Shown one piece after another: positions 10,806 through 24,721 of a DNA stretch of 64,000 nt. Both the position numbers and the translations under genes were made by a program. The notes below the pieces were generated by a model that saw only the letters and a program-made list of their open reading frames with translations, had not been told where the DNA came from and searched no databases. The stretch is from the NCBI GenBank assembly GCA_044892525.1, contig CM097885.1:252836001-252900000 (forward strand). Reading direction: 5' to 3'. This DNA comes from Schmidtea polychroa (taxonomy: Eukaryota). Numbering within the stretch: the first letter of the stretch is position 1; each line of letters starts with the position of its first letter.

Positions 10806-11675
10806 CACACAGGTATTGGAATACTTTAATCATAGAAATTTGTTACGGCTTCAAAATAAACGATAAACCAAATATTTGCAGAAAAGGAAAAAATTTCTTA
10901 TTGAATAATTCAGATTTAACCTGTCAAAACCTTCACATAATAAACATATATACAATAAATAATTTTATATTGGATAAATAGATAAGATATCCTTTCAACT
11001 TATATACAAAATAACGTCCAATATAACATTATTCTTTTGTAACTGAGATGACTAACTGCACTTGATATGAACATTTAGAGTTTTTAACACTTACCGCACT
11101 TAACTCTTTTAGCACCGTAAGGAAGTTTACTAGCTCTGTATTTCCATGCATGACACACCACCCATACAAAATTTACGCGTAACCACGTTTGAAATTGTAT
11201 TCATTTTACTAGTTAAGATAGAGAGTTTAGTGTGACATAAAGTATTTTTAGATTTTGTTTTTGCTAGAAATTCCTCAGCTTGTAGTGCATTACCGTAACC
11301 ATAATTTACATCATTTCAAAAGTTAAATATAATTTTTAGATTTTTCTATTATAATGGATTGGTGCTTAACCTGTTGAATTATAGAAACGGGTCCTGATAA
11401 CTTGTAAAAGGATTCAGGGACTTCATCCAGACGATGGGTTCAAATGATGTCATATTTTACGTAATGATAACATTTGAAATTCAAAAATTAAATAAAATAT
11501 TTTTATTTTATTATTGAGTTTTGTTTTTAACACTCAAAAATTAAATCCACATAATTATTACGAAATTTTGATTTAATTTGACGAGTGCTTGCCAAGAAAT
11601 GTCAAACTAATGATCGTCCGCAAAAGATGTATCAAAATTAAATAGATAATAGAAAAATAAATAATAGAATAATAT

Positions 11676-13345
11676 TAATTATAGAATTTAAAGATCTAAT
11701 TAACATCGCCTCGCACGTTATTCATTCCCAGTCCTTACCAAACTCTTCGACAAGATCTTAAAATCAGCAATACTGATTTTTTTACTGATACACTTCCTAA
11801 AATGATCACTAATATTGGTCAATCCATTCTGTCGGCCAGAATTATTTTTTAATTTTTAAATTTAAATTTATTTTTTATATTAATTTAAAAAAGATTTTTT
11901 TTGTATGAGAATTTAACAATTTTGTTCGTTTTTAAAATTAAAATAATTTTTATATGATTAAAAAATGTTTTTCAAAATTTTATTAAAATATATATTTGAT
12001 ACAGTTTGATTACGATTATTAGTTGTTAATTTTTTTGAATTTTATTATTTTCATTTAGTTGTGATTAATACGATTCTTAGTCTGATGTAGACTGTTGAAC
12101 GATCGAAATATATAGCAATATTATATTTTAATATACTTAGTTAGCGATTTTCTATTATAAACACTTTCCTTCGTTCTTTGACTATTTAATTAAATACAAG
12201 TTGAGTTTTATGAAAATTCGGTATGTGAGAATTCCCTAAATATCGAAAACTGCCAAATTTGATTTCGAATCCGATTTCAAATAAAAAACTTATATTAATT
12301 TTAATTTTTTTAAATTATTATGATTTTATCAACTGCATTTGAAAATTATAATAAAGAAATTTAAATTACGGAAAATGTTTTTTAATTTTTAATTATTAAT
12401 TATTTTAATTATTAATTAATTAAAAAAATCATTTAAAAACAATAGCGAATTTAGTGATTTGTCTGATAAACTAGAGTAGAAAAAACTCGCAGACAACGAA
12501 AATGTTCTTTCTGTATCACTTGAAGTAGACTTAATGGCCATAAGCGCATCTCAAAGCTTTTACACATTTGATGTTCTTTTGTCGGTATTTCTGAACAACG
12601 TGGGCAAAATTCGTGCTTCAATTTGTTGAAATTTAATATTTGTGCAGGTTTTACCATTTGACTTATTAAAATTTAATCCGATTCCTTTTGAATTGATATT
12701 GTTGAAGCTGATTCTTTTTGGCTACTCGTTTGTATAAGTTTTCACATTCATTTACATCAGCACCAAAACCCCTTCTCATTGTATTTCCAGATAAATTCAA
12801 CAGATATCTTGATTAGGTATTTGTATCATTTAAACGTATTAAAAGTGTCATTAAATTGGGAGTTAAACGACTCTCTAGTTTCTTTTTCATCATATCAATA
12901 GTTAACTCAGTGCCATTAATTTCATTATTTTAATGACTGTGCCGTTGAACAAATTTAAAAAATTTAAAAGATATTAATTCTAATCAAAACCAAATTTTCT
13001 GATCATATCTTTCGATCTTAAAAATATTAATTTTACCAAATATGAGATACCTATATTTTTACAGGTACACTTCCTAAAATGATCACTAACGTGAGTCAAT
13101 CCATTCTGTCGGCAATGCTTTTATACTCGAGTGCAGAGATGACGTGCAGTCTCTGCACTTAAGTTCTTGAACATTGTCAATTAATTAAACCACATCAGTG
13201 ATAATATTAGGAAGTGTACCAGTAAAAAAATGAATATCTTTGATTTTAAGATTATGAGTAATATAAAAATTTGAGTAATTATTGGAACGAGTAACTTGTG
13301 AGGCGTTGTTGATTAATGAGCGTTGAATATCCTATAATTAATATT
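11676..13345. repeat. Diverged foldback structure with an internal duplication
   Basis: 11676-11800 is a diverged inverted copy of 13205-13345. 11779-11836 is a direct copy of 13056-13113. 13056-13230 is a concentric palindrome with a 10-bp core stem (13130-13139 / 13150-13159). Confidence 0.6.
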
Positions 13346-13874
13346 AAACAAATTAATTATCAAAAATAATTTTTAAAATGAATTGATTCATTAAAAGATT
13401 ATTTTGAAAAAAAGAAGATGAGAAAAAGATAATAAACAAGTTGTATAATTTTGCAAATTTATTTACCAACAAAATCTCAATAAAGACATTTCGGTGTCCT
13501 AACTTTTTAAACACTTTCCATAGTCGTGAGACAGAGGAATCAAAATAAAATGAAAAATATAAACTTATTTTAATTAATTGAACTTGGAAATAATAATTTA
13601 TTAAGGACTTCAATTTCACAGAAATAGGGGATCTATGGGATTATTCGAGATTACAAATGTCAAAAGCAAAATTTACTGAAATGAAACCCATCGTTTGAAA
13701 TTGACAAGAGCTCGGACGGTCGGATTGCTAAATTGTATTATTCTCACTGTCTCACGAGATGGGAACAATTTACCGGATTCTCCATATTGTCTATTTCAAT
13801 TCAAATCTTTTATCAACTGTTGTAAATTTGATTCTAACTTCTTGAATAATTTTTATTTAATTATCATAAATTTG

Positions 13875-13876
<2 letters not shown>

Positions 13877-13930
<54 letters not shown>
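13877..13930. repeat. (AT)n microsatellite
   Basis: Direct reading. Confidence 0.98.
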
Positions 13931-13933
<3 letters not shown>

Positions 13934-14689
13934 TATGAGATAGTATTTACCGGAGACATTTCACAAATTATATACGGCCTTCCTATATAAAATAACAGAG
14001 ATACTTTACACAATTTACACAAAAACCGTACTAAAACACTTTTAAAAAAAAATACGTCCCTTAAAATATTATTTCGGCTCAATTTTATAATGGAAGTCGT
14101 CACTGTCATACAATAGAGATCTGTATATAAACTGATGTAAAATTATTTTCATCGCTAAAAGAAATACTGAACAAATCAGATCTACAGTTTACGAACAAGA
14201 AAAGATGCTAAGAAAATTTATTTTCGGAAATAGAAATTTTTTTAAAAATTATTTATATCACATACACTAATGTCAGTAATTATTGCACATAAATAATATA
14301 ATAGCCGTCATTAACTTGTTTGTTTGTTTGTACGTGTGTCAGATGCATATGCATGTAACTTATTCAGAATTCATTAAAGTAGTCCAATTTATATTAAATT
14401 TAACAAACAAATAAAATACTGCTGATTATAGCATAAAATACATGCAAACAAAATTTAACTTTAAGTTACTTGAAAAATTTTAAAAATAAAATTTACAAAA
14501 AATTAACTTTATTTTTATTATCATTTTAATTTTTCCCGTCATGCTTGAGGGGTTATTATATTGTTATCCCATAAAATGAAGAAAAATGAAAGGAGTTGAA
14601 AATTCTGTACTTTCCTGTTACATGGATATATAATGAATAAAATAATTAACAAGAAAATATTATTTACTCAAATTCAAAAATTCCTATTT

Positions 14690-15360
14690 TTACCCTGTCT
14701 TGCAAGAAAAACGATTACTGTCAAACAAAATGTACTGTTAATAAAATTACAAAATAAATCTATTTTTATTCGAGTATTTATTGGTGGTGTTGTAAATTTA
14801 CGTGTCGAAAAAAGATTAAAGTACAAATTAGAAAGTGGTTCACCAATAGTCGTCTACTGTTTGTGAGGATTTTTCGCTTCTTTTATTGCTGGAAGAAAGA
14901 ACTGACATTGTTGATTAAAAAAACTGTAAAAGATAAATTTATGCAGACCCTCAATCAACAACTGAAGCAAAAGAATGAAGGAAATGAACTAATCGACGAA
15001 ATTAATATGAGACTATTCACCAAGTGGAAGAACAATGCAGAATGAGTACTTCCAAAACAAAGGATTTTCTAAGTCTTCATTGTTTTTGGTTAAAATAGAT
15101 AATCGAATTGCATAAGCATTAATGACGGTTATTTAAAATAATATTGAGGAAAGGGCTGTAATTTGTTCGGAAAGTCAGCAATCCAACACGACTGAAGAAT
15201 TAAAGAAGGCTGGATTTCATGACTTCAAGATAAGTAATAGGTACAATTTCGTTGATTCTAACATTTGCATTATACTCAGAGTGTCGAGCGCATATTGGAA
15301 TATGTCAAACGGCATAATAAACGACTGTATTTTATCTGTATTTATTTGGAAATAGAAAAT
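14690..15360 (+). pseudogene. Merlin/IS1595-like transposase relic
   Basis: Fragments across several frames match Merlin motifs as I recall them: LQEKRLLSNKMYC; YWWCCKFTCRKKIKVQIRKWFTNSRL; ICSES...LKKAGFH...NRYNFVD; TQSVERILEYVKR. Many stops and frameshifts, and no clear TIRs. Confidence 0.7.
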
Positions 15361-16261
15361 TTCCAAACGTCAACATGATAACGTTTTAGTTAAAATAAAA
15401 GCTGATGGTCTCGAAAAACAAAATAATAATCGAATAAATTATATATTTAAATTTACCCTCATTTGGCATCACAATGCGTCGTTTTGTTATTTGCAAGTTT
15501 GTACTTGTGTGTATCAACAAATTGTGCCGGGAAGTGTTTATGCATGTACAAAATCTTTAGTCGAGCTGTAACAAGCAATTGATATGTCCTAATGACGTTT
15601 TGTGAAAAAAATAGTTAGTTCATTTTAGTGTTTTTTCTGATGGAATACTAAAAACATATACCTCAGGTTATTAAGGGTTAATAACTTATTTTCAAATGAT
15701 GTGTCCATATAATAGGAAATACTGAAAATTTTTATTGTTATTCATACGAATTATTCTTCAAATAAGGTCTACATCCATACACGGAATAAAAAAGTGTGAT
15801 TTAATACTTTTTAAGAAATTCACTCAATTTTACTACTTTACTCTTGTCATTTTTATAGTTTCGGTGCAACAATTACTCATAATCTAGAAATGTTACCTAA
15901 AGAAAGTTTCATTTTTCAACTAAAATGATAAAATTATTTTAATTATTAATCTGCAAAAATTTTAATTTTCTTTCAAGAGTCTAAAAAAATTTGATAAATG
16001 CTGTGAAATGATGATTGTGCCAGCATTGTAAAAACGCAACAAAATAGAACTCAATGCCCCATATAGTAGCTTGCTATTATATTTTTATATTAATTAATTT
16101 CATATTAATTATGCATTTGCTTATTTTTACTTATAAATGTTTTAACTTTTGCGTGCATTTTTTGAACTTCTTGATTAACCCTTACAATCCTTACAACAAA
16201 AGGCACACTTGTAGCGAAAAGCATATATGAAAGCAAGTGGTGTATTGAAGGGGAGGACGTG

Positions 16262-16644
16262 GTGGAACGAAGTTCCGGCATCTTTTTTTCGCTGAATGAT
16301 TTTAAAAAATTGACATATGTTTTGGTTTTTTATCATATTTCTATTTCTGGCATTTCAAATAGTCAATTACAATCAAATTAAAAGTAGTAGTCGTACGCCA
16401 AAGCGAGTGAATCATAACTCCGTGTTTCCTATGTATTATTACTATTATATAAAACACGCTCACGGTAAAAATACACCATTAATATACTACGTCATTAAAA
16501 TCGTTTCTTGTCGTCGGTAATAAGTGTATATTTTGTGTCCTGCATAATTATTTTATTTGTTAGCTAATTTCAGCATCATTTTTTTGAATATAAAGGATAG
16601 TACAGATACGTTACGTCACCTTTTTTTCCAGAAAAAAAGCGCTG
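16262..16644 (+). mobile_element. Non-autonomous hAT-like element, copy 1 (one end truncated)
   Basis: Homologous, in inverted orientation, to 59721-60132. Ends in CAGAAAAAAAGCGCTG, while the opposite end of copy 2 is CAGAAAAAAAGCACTG, so the TIR is CAGYGCTTTTTTTCTG. Confidence 0.7.
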
Positions 16645-17699
16645 GGTGTACAATCCTTTTAATGTAATACTAGTGATGTCATCTATTGATTCCTTAAATA
16701 ACTTTGCTATGACAACGGACAGTAGAGAAGATAAATGAGCATTAACAATAGAAAAAAATAAAAACTAAGGGTCAATAATATATTGGTGATAATTCTTTCC
16801 TTGTGACCAAGTACCTTTTACCTTAATCCGATTCTGTTAAAAAAAGTGACTAAAAACTGGCAACTAAAACTAAAATTAAAATTATATTTTCTCTTAGTAA
16901 ATCCATTGTAAAAGTTTGATATTTTTTTTATAAACGTCATTTGATTAGAAAGCCATTCTCCGATTTCGGTGAAATGTTTCCAGCATGAATTTGATAATTA
17001 ATTGACATCGCTTCTCCAAACGAGAAAAATAATTACTAAAATAAAACATATTTTAATTAATTTTAAATTAATGAATTTTCATTTGAACATGATCACGAAA
17101 ACTAATTCTCTTATTAATGTCCTATCATGAATGGGAAATACTTATATTTCAACTCAACATTTTCTTTGGCATTTCGTTCTGTTATTTTATTTCTGACGCA
17201 TCTGTATTTTCTCTTTGTATTTTTATAATTAAAATTTATGTAAATCTTCAAAAACATCAAATTAATTACATTTTCTTTCATTTTTGTTGTGATTTGATCA
17301 TGTGTTAATAATGAAATCACAGATTTTACAATNNNNNNNNNNNNNNNNNNNNNNNNNNNNNNNNNNNNNNNNNNNNNNNNNNNNNNNNNNNNNNNNNNNN
17401 NNNNNNNNNNNNNNNNNNNNNNNNNNNNNNNNNNNNNNNNNNNNNNNNNNNNNNNNNNNNNNNNNNNNNNNNNNNNNNNNNNNNNNNNNNNNNNNNNNNN
17501 NNNNNNNNNNNNNNNNNNNNNNNNNNNNNNNNNNNNNNNNNNNNNNNNNNNNNNNNNNNNNNNNNNNNNAATAAACCATCTCAAAAAGAGATTTTTCTAT
17601 AGATAGAAAACAATATTCCTAACAAAAACTTACTTTCAGTTTGACTGTACTGCTGGTAAATTGATCCAATCTCATTACCGATCATGTACTGGATCTTAC

Positions 17700-17864
17700 T
17701 GTTTTTCTTGTATTGTCGTTTTTGCTTCATTTTGTAAAGGATAACCGCGATTATTGATATGAAAATGACGAGTAGGATCAGACCGGCAATGGTAGCTACT
17801 GTCAATGTGGTATCTTTCTCGGAATCGAGAAAAATGTCACGACCGGATATGTTTGGAACGAAAT
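17700..17864 (-). CDS. DDR: DDR-like gene: transmembrane exon
   Basis: TTTTCAG| acceptor and |GTAAGA donor, 165 nt, phase 1-1. Encodes FVPNISGRDIFLDSEKDTT-LTVATIAGLILLVIFISIIAVILY-KMKQKRQYKKN (hydrophobic helix plus basic stop-transfer). Joins the 22253 exon in frame. Confidence 0.8.
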
Positions 17865-19545
17865 CTGAAAATGATACTGAGAAAATCAAACCAATCGCTT
17901 GGGAAAGTTTCGTATTCAATTGAAAAAAAATGACAACAAAATTCCAGTATTTTCTTTTCGGGAAAGTACATTTATTTATTCAAGTGGCTGAATTGACTGA
18001 AAGTAATTTGGATTTTCTTTGATTATGCCTTTATCAACAGTTTTTTAATAAAATTTGAAAAATACAGTGAAAAATATTTGTTTTACGTTTTTAATATTTT
18101 TTCCGTCTATAAATAAAATTTTAAATAAATAAATTAATAATATATTGTATTGGATAATTGTAGAATATGCTGAGCGTATTTATATCAGAAAATCTCCATT
18201 TGAAAATGTTGTTTAATTAATGTTAACTAACTTTAATAATTTTCATATTAATATTTGTAAGACTATAGGTCAAAACAATTTATGAGATACAATACACACT
18301 TGAAATACACACTTGATACATAAATATTAATATGACAATTATTGAATTAAAACAATCAAAGGTGAAACCAAAAAATAAATATGATTTTTAACTAACTTTG
18401 TTCTGGAAAATAAACTTATTAGTGTAATAAAATTTTTAATTATTTAGAGCTTAGTTTTAAACACTTTTAGTTCCGACGAAAACGGTAATTATGCTATTAT
18501 TGAAAAAAATAAAATCATTACAAATATCAACAAGGGTGAACAAAAGTTAAAAAGAAATGAAAGTGATTTTAATAATCCCAAACACAATAGAGAAGTATTA
18601 AGTATTATACAATTATATTATATTATTTTATATTATATTATATTATAAAATTATACAAGAAGTATTATACAATTAAAGTATTTGTATATTTTTGCAATAA
18701 ATATTATAGTGCCTTTCAACAATATCAAAAATATGAAGAAAGAAAACCATAAAGAAATGCTTCAAAGTTTCCTATTAACGTAATACAAGTCCTTAATCGG
18801 CCTCACATTTGGGAAGGAAACTGAAAGAACTATTATTTAACCAATTAAACTAATAATTTGAACTGTTTCATAGAGGGTGACTAATCTATTCTCCTTATAA
18901 AAAGTGATTGATATCTGGAATAAAAAAAGTAAGCGGTTTACAACATTTATAAATCACAAAGTTTCGAAGCTATTGTACCAAATCGCTCGAGAATCTTGAT
19001 GTTGCCAGTTCAATTTCCGGCTTAGTGTAAAATTGTAAAAGACACTTAAAACTCACTAAAGATCGAAGCTTTCTACAGATAAGAATGTAAACATAATAAC
19101 TAAAGACAAAGAAGTGATAAACATCTCATAAAATACTAGTTCCTCAAAATGGTAGCACGTTTCTGATGGGGGTTACCAAGATCTTCTTTTCTCATTTTCT
19201 ATAAGGCAATTTTTTATTGAAGGGATAATAAAAAGGAGAATGAAATTTCAAATTGTATAATGACAATCAGAATGATGAATAAATAAAAAGTATATTAATA
19301 AAAACATATTGTAAAGATATTTTATATTCATACACTTATATGATATAATTATTCTACATTCTAAAACTTGATTTTATTTTTGTAACCCCCTTGCATCATA
19401 TAAATTTTTAAATAACTTGTTGATAGCGGAAACATTTATTAAAATAAAATTCTCATGAATAATTATGTATGTCATAATCCGCAGTATTTTTCTTGAAATA
19501 AAATATTTTGATGTAAAATATGTTCTGATCACTCCAATGAAATAT

Positions 19546-19643
19546 TTAACAAGCCTTTCTTTATCTGCTTCTTCTCTGATTTAATCCTTCTTCTCCAAAA
19601 AATATTCAACCAGAGAGGAATCAGAGAAAGAAAGGCTTGTTAA
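19546..19643. repeat. Intronic hairpin (~33-bp arms, ~32-nt loop)
   Basis: TTAACAAGCCTTTCTTTATCTG is the reverse complement of CAGAGAAAGAAAGGCTTGTTAA with 1 mismatch, and the stem extends 11 bp further with 2 mismatches. Confidence 0.7.
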
Positions 19644-20990
19644 TTTTTGCAATGGGTTTTTTCTGATGACTTCAGAAATACTTTTAAACCGAATACTACT
19701 ACAACAAAACTGTTTATTTACTGTTTATGATGGATGTTTGCAAAAGAAATGAACTCAGATATGGGCATGACAAAATATGAGGTCTCCACTATCCGTCATT
19801 TTAGAGGAGCAAAGCAATTCGTGCAAAAAAATTACTAGTAAATTGGGATGGAAATCAGAAAAATCCCAATTAAAAATATTTTATCATTAAAATTTATTAA
19901 AAAACATAATAAATATTTACAAATTCAAATAATTAATTTTCTCAATCGATTATCTTTCCAAGGAATCTTGATGAAGAATCTCTTATTTCCAAGAAATATC
20001 TCCTAATAAAATGATATACTTGCTTTGTACTGTACGTCTCTCTACTCGTGACATTCTTATGTTGAATTCTTATTAATTTTAATTATTTTATCGATTAAAA
20101 CTGGGTTTGCACTTTATTTTAATCCGATAGAAAATTATCTAGGGGCCTCCACTGCATTTGTGAGTTGACATTATTTCCAGAATTTGTTTTCTTTATCATA
20201 TTTCATTATTAATAACCTAAAGATTTGCGAAAGAAATTCCCAAAAGAATTAATCCAATCGTTAAATGTTAGTTTTTAAAATGCAAAACTTCTCTGCCATG
20301 ATAAGTAAATATAAAACATTTCAAGATTCTTTAAATATTACAATAATAATAATAATACTAATAATAATATAAAATGATGATTGCTTGGTAGCAGCATTTA
20401 TTATTTAAAACAATAAAATGATAATTTAAGCCTTTTGCTGCAAATAATGTATTTAATGAAAGAATTTTCGANNNNNNNNNNNNNNNNNNNNNNNNNNNNN
20501 NNNNNNNNNNNNNNNNNNNNNNNNNNNNNNNNNNNNNNNNNNNNNNNNNNNNNNNNNNNNNNNNNNNNNNNNNNNNNNNNNNNNNNNNNNNNNNNNNNNN
20601 NNNNNNNNNNNNNNNNNNNNNNNNNNNNNNNNNNNNNNNNNNNNNNNNNNNNNNNNNNNNNNNNNNTGAGAATTGAATATTTCAATGATTTATTAAGAAA
20701 ATTTTAAATGATAAATAATTGACTATTAAAATAACTTTTAAAATAATTTTTAAATTGAATCTTTTTAAATTGAAATTTTTAAATTTTTAAATTGAAAAAT
20801 TAAACAAGCTTTTTAAAAGAAGTTTTATTAGTAAATAATTTTTAAATAAATATATTTTAAATATCGAAATTTTAATAAATGGTTCTGAAAATATTTTATT
20901 CGACGCTGAAAATTTGTTTGAAAATTATACAATATTTCATATAATAAATACGTTGACCTTTGAACCGGATTTGACCTTTTGAACACGTCT

Positions 20991-21626
20991 ATGGATTTCT
21001 TCATAATGAAGCTATTTCCAAACGATTATAGTAAAGGAGATGATGTTGAAGCATTCATTAAAGAATGTGATAAATATTTTAAAGTGGTACAAATGCCTAC
21101 TTCAAGACAAGAAGTGATATTCGAATTAGTGATCGACAAACAGACCATACAGGAGTTGACCAAAATATCAAATGTTATAAGGAAAGATTGCGGAAGGCAT
21201 TCGTCAAGAAAACAAGTTTGGCAGAAGATTTACAATCTGCTATGTCCCATAGACAAACGAGTGAAGGGCCCGATAAATATTTTACTATCATAGACGAGTT
21301 AGTCGATAAGATATTGAGGCATGAGTTAAACAAGGAAAGTTTAACAGAATATCTGCTGGTACACTGTGCAGCCGAGAAGACTTTGAAACGAGAATTGTGT
21401 CTAAGTGACACCAAAGGAACAACGGAAGTGAAGAAAAATATCAAGAAGTTACACGAATCTCTAATAGTTGCAGAAGAGATCTATGCAATTAGAGAAAGAA
21501 GACCAGAACAGAATATAACAAAAGTTACAAGAAGTTACAGAAGTTACAGTATCAAGAAGAAAGATTGACAGAAATAAGAACGAATGTTTGACATGTCACA
21601 AGGTAGTACATTTGAGTAGAGATTGC
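20991..21626 (+). pseudogene. gag: Degenerate gypsy gag related to the 2525-7110 family
   Basis: KLFPNDYSKGDDVEAFIKECDKYF vs RLLPKVFCQGDDLVKFIKRCEIYF; EDLQSAMSHRQ...DKYFTIIDELVDKI vs KDLQNLLNYKR...ETYFKKVEDLVDRL; knuckle relic CLTCHKVVHLSRDC, then an N gap. Confidence 0.85.
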
Positions 21627-22252
21627 NNNNNNNNNNNNNNNNNNNNNNNNNNNNNNNNNNNNNNNNNNNNNNNNNNNNNNNNNNNNNNNNNNNNNNNNNN
21701 NNNNNNNNNNNNNNNNNNNNNNNNNNNNNNNNNNNNNNNNNNNNNNNNNNNNNNNNNNNNNNNNNNNNNNNNNNNNNNNNNNNNNNNNNNNNNNNNNNNN
21801 NNNNNNNNNNNNNNNNNNNNNNNNNNNNNNNNNNNNNNNNNNNNNNNNNNNNNNNNNNNAAATTTACTTTCGTTAGTCTTTTTCTGAATGACTTGGCGAG
21901 TAATTTCGGTGGTATTCTTTATCTGGTTATTTTGTTTAAATATGGATGAAGATAAATTCTCTTTAACTTCAAACTGTGGAAAATTCTCAGCCGCAAGACC
22001 TTTATATAATTAATTAAAATATTCATTATTTATTAAATATTTCTAATTTTAAGCGATTTTTTAAATATTTTTGTAAAAATAATAATTCTAAATTTTAATC
22101 AACGTAATTCAAATAATTAATTAATTCTTGTCAAATTTTTTTGGAATTAATTTTTCTAAAGAAAAACTGATAAATTATTTATTGACTAATTTATCATAAA
22201 TTATTTAATTTTGAAAGATAATCTTCAAATTAATTAATGAGAGAAAAATTAC

Positions 22253-22528
22253 TGGAAACAAAATTAATTTCTGAAACCAATATCCATCTGTTGACATTGG
22301 CGGCATGGAGCTGTAATTTGACCATGTTGCCAATATTGTGGGACAGAACCATTGTAAATATTACTCCTCCGAATCTATTCAATTGCAAGTTTGCTCTTGA
22401 TACGTCTTTCTCAATTTCCGATTCAAGTTTTGTATTCGATTGAAACTTTACGTTGACCTTGGTAAAGATATCAATGGTTTGACTGGGGAGCTGATAGGAA
22501 AAAATTTGCAGTTTCGTGAAATTTCTTT
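22253..22528 (-). CDS. DDR: DDR-like gene: discoidin-like (DS-like) domain, C-terminal exon
   Basis: ATAATTCAG| acceptor and |GTAATT donor, 276 nt, phase 1-1. RNFTKLQIFSYQ... and NIGNMVKLQLHAANVNRWILVSEINFVS match the DDR RNFTSMKVH and W-L/I-x-SE-I-x-F-x-S motifs. Missed by the ORF track. Confidence 0.85.
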
Positions 22529-22844
22529 CTGAATTATAAATTTATTATTTTTCATTTTAAATAATTTCAACAAGGAAACAGAGAAAAGGATTTTTTAAGT
22601 TTTCATGATTGCAAAAGTTAATTGAAAATTAATTAATTGAATTAAGAAATGAAAAATATAAATAATTTTTTGGGGCAATCCTTAAAGCAGATGTCACTAT
22701 TGATTGGGCTCTCTTGGAGGTGTAAATACTAAAATACAAATTAATTAATTAATTCATCAATAAGAAATTGTTTCCTTTATCTATCATCACTACAATAATG
22801 TCTTTTGAATATCTGATTTCATTTACCATCAGCTATATGTTCTT

Positions 22845-23197
22845 GATAACTTGTGATTATTAGTTTCTTTATCGTTTGGGAGGCATTCAATATACTTATG
22901 TTGCAATAACCGTTGGTTGTTATTTGTGCTAATTTTCTGAAGAAGTTTTGAGGGTTTTAAGTCATCTAGAATAAACTTTCCATGTGTAAAATCAATGCAT
23001 TTTGTCAAAATTCTGCATTTTCTTCCTTTGATACATTGTTAGGATTCATTAAATGTCTCTGGAATATTTAACACGACATCTTCAGGAAGATAAGCCATAA
23101 CATGATGAAATTTAGTTGAATCATTTGATATCTTAGACAACTTGAATTGGGATTTTAGTTGTCTGATCCATAGAGCTGGATTATTTCTGTAGAATGG
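22845..23197 (-). pseudogene. Degenerate gag-like relic of a different gypsy lineage
   Basis: PFYRNNPALWIRQLKSQFKLSKISNDSTKFHHVMAYLP...LDDLKPSKLLQKI resembles the P-F-W-x-x-x-P-x-L-W / GDRKPSQLL gag N-terminus of invertebrate gypsy elements. Contains stops. Confidence 0.65.
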
Positions 23198-24721
23198 TCA
23201 TGGTTTGAATGATCTGTTCAATCGTCGCGTCTTCATCAAGGTTAAAGTTCTTTTTTTTTGAAAAATCTATATTACAACAAATTTTCATTATTTAAACAAA
23301 ATTAACATTTTCTTAAAATTCTTTGTGTGATTAATGTTTATAATCACAACAGTAAGATATGCATCAGTTATCAGAATTACTATTTAATTAATAAGTAGCT
23401 CTAAAGCTTTGAAGTTAAAATGTGAAGCGTCAAAAGCTATACATTTATACCTGTAGGCTTCTACCGATATTTTTTATATTTCCTAATTATTTTTACATCG
23501 TTAACCAACATGTCGAAATATTAAAAATTTTAAAATATTTACATTTCAATAGATCAGCGTTTCCCAACCTGTGGGTTGCGAGATCCTTCCAGGGGGTTCG
23601 CCAAATCAGAAAATAAAAAAATTAAAAAATATTTTTAAAGATTTAATTTTCCACAATATTTATTAAACTAAGATCATGACATAATTTAGCATTAAAATGT
23701 TATTTAAAATTGAAAATTATTAGCACAAGATTTAAAACCAACAATGATAATAATTATTATGATTCAATTTCACGCCAAAGGTGACGTTATCTACGACGTT
23801 TTCTACATAACTTCCAACGTCTTCCAACGTCTTATTAGACGTATTCAACTTTGCCATACAGTTCATAAAACACCAAATTAAATATTTTCGACAACATTCC
23901 TAGTTTTTTTTGAGTGTTCGTTTTTCGTTTTTTGCTTGCCCTATGGGTGTCAAAATTGTTGTTTAGAAGTTGCCAAAAAGAACTCCTTTTACACCTAAAT
24001 ACTCCCAAAAGTGTTAGCGGCTGAATCTCCGAATCTCTGGATTCAAATCAGCTTTATTCAAAGATTTTGCTTTATCCATAATTCTGTATCACACAATAAA
24101 GTGTATTGGGAAATGCTAAATTCAAACAAAATAATTTTCGATATTCAACATTTTACGTTAAAAATGAATGTAAGTTCTTTATTCAAAATTACTAATCAAT
24201 TAAAATTTAGAGATCCACGAAATTTAATTATCAAAAATTCCAACAAAGTTCGAATCAAAATCACGATAAAAACACAAACGATTCCAGAAATCGATGATGT
24301 ATCGGAAACAACAATGAAAGAAACGCGCACACAGACCCGATAAGAATTCAATAAAAACGCACATACAGGCGCGACAAAAACAACAAAAAAGCACACACGC
24401 TCAACCACAAAGATCGGTTGAAACAGGTATGTTAGTTAAATTTTTATTATCCTAAACCTATATAAAACCGTATTGTGATAATATTAGTTAAATAATAATA
24501 ATAATAGGTTAATACTTCTTAAAAATTAACAACAGGTCCCCTAAAGAATCAGGTCATAAATATTTGAATACTACTGATTTTCCTCTAAGGTGCGAAGAAA
24601 TTCTAATGTATTTCTAGAAAATTGTGCAATAAATTGTAAAATATAAATACATTATTTTATCAAATGTTATCTCGAAATATAATTCTAATAATTAAGTATC
24701 ATTGCAGAAAATTGCAATTAC

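Noticed and set aside
12430-12930. Possible non-LTR retrotransposon C-terminus (CPRC...EH...C)
   Set aside because: Only one weak motif; no RT or endonuclease sequence recognised.
16317-16520. Two similar small ORFs (16317-16520 and 59855-60052) that look like a conserved peptide
   Set aside because: They are two copies of one non-coding hAT-like repeat, and the frames diverge after ~41 codons.
16905-16992. Alternative terminal exon after the TM exon (would give a kinase-less isoform)
   Set aside because: Weak GAG acceptor and a short frame that could arise by chance; no support without RNA data.
20420-20471. ~45-bp sequence shared in inverted form with 37775-37818 (FIKYIICSKRLK frame)
   Set aside because: The match is real, but both copies abut N runs and nothing identifies them. 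Most likely the edge of an unassembled repeat.
23553-23620. Single hAT-like end (CAGCGTTTCCCAACCTGTGGG); similar lone ends at ~1643 (Tigger-like), ~27837 and ~36030 (piggyBac-like)
   Set aside because: No partner TIR or TSD found, so boundaries cannot be supported.
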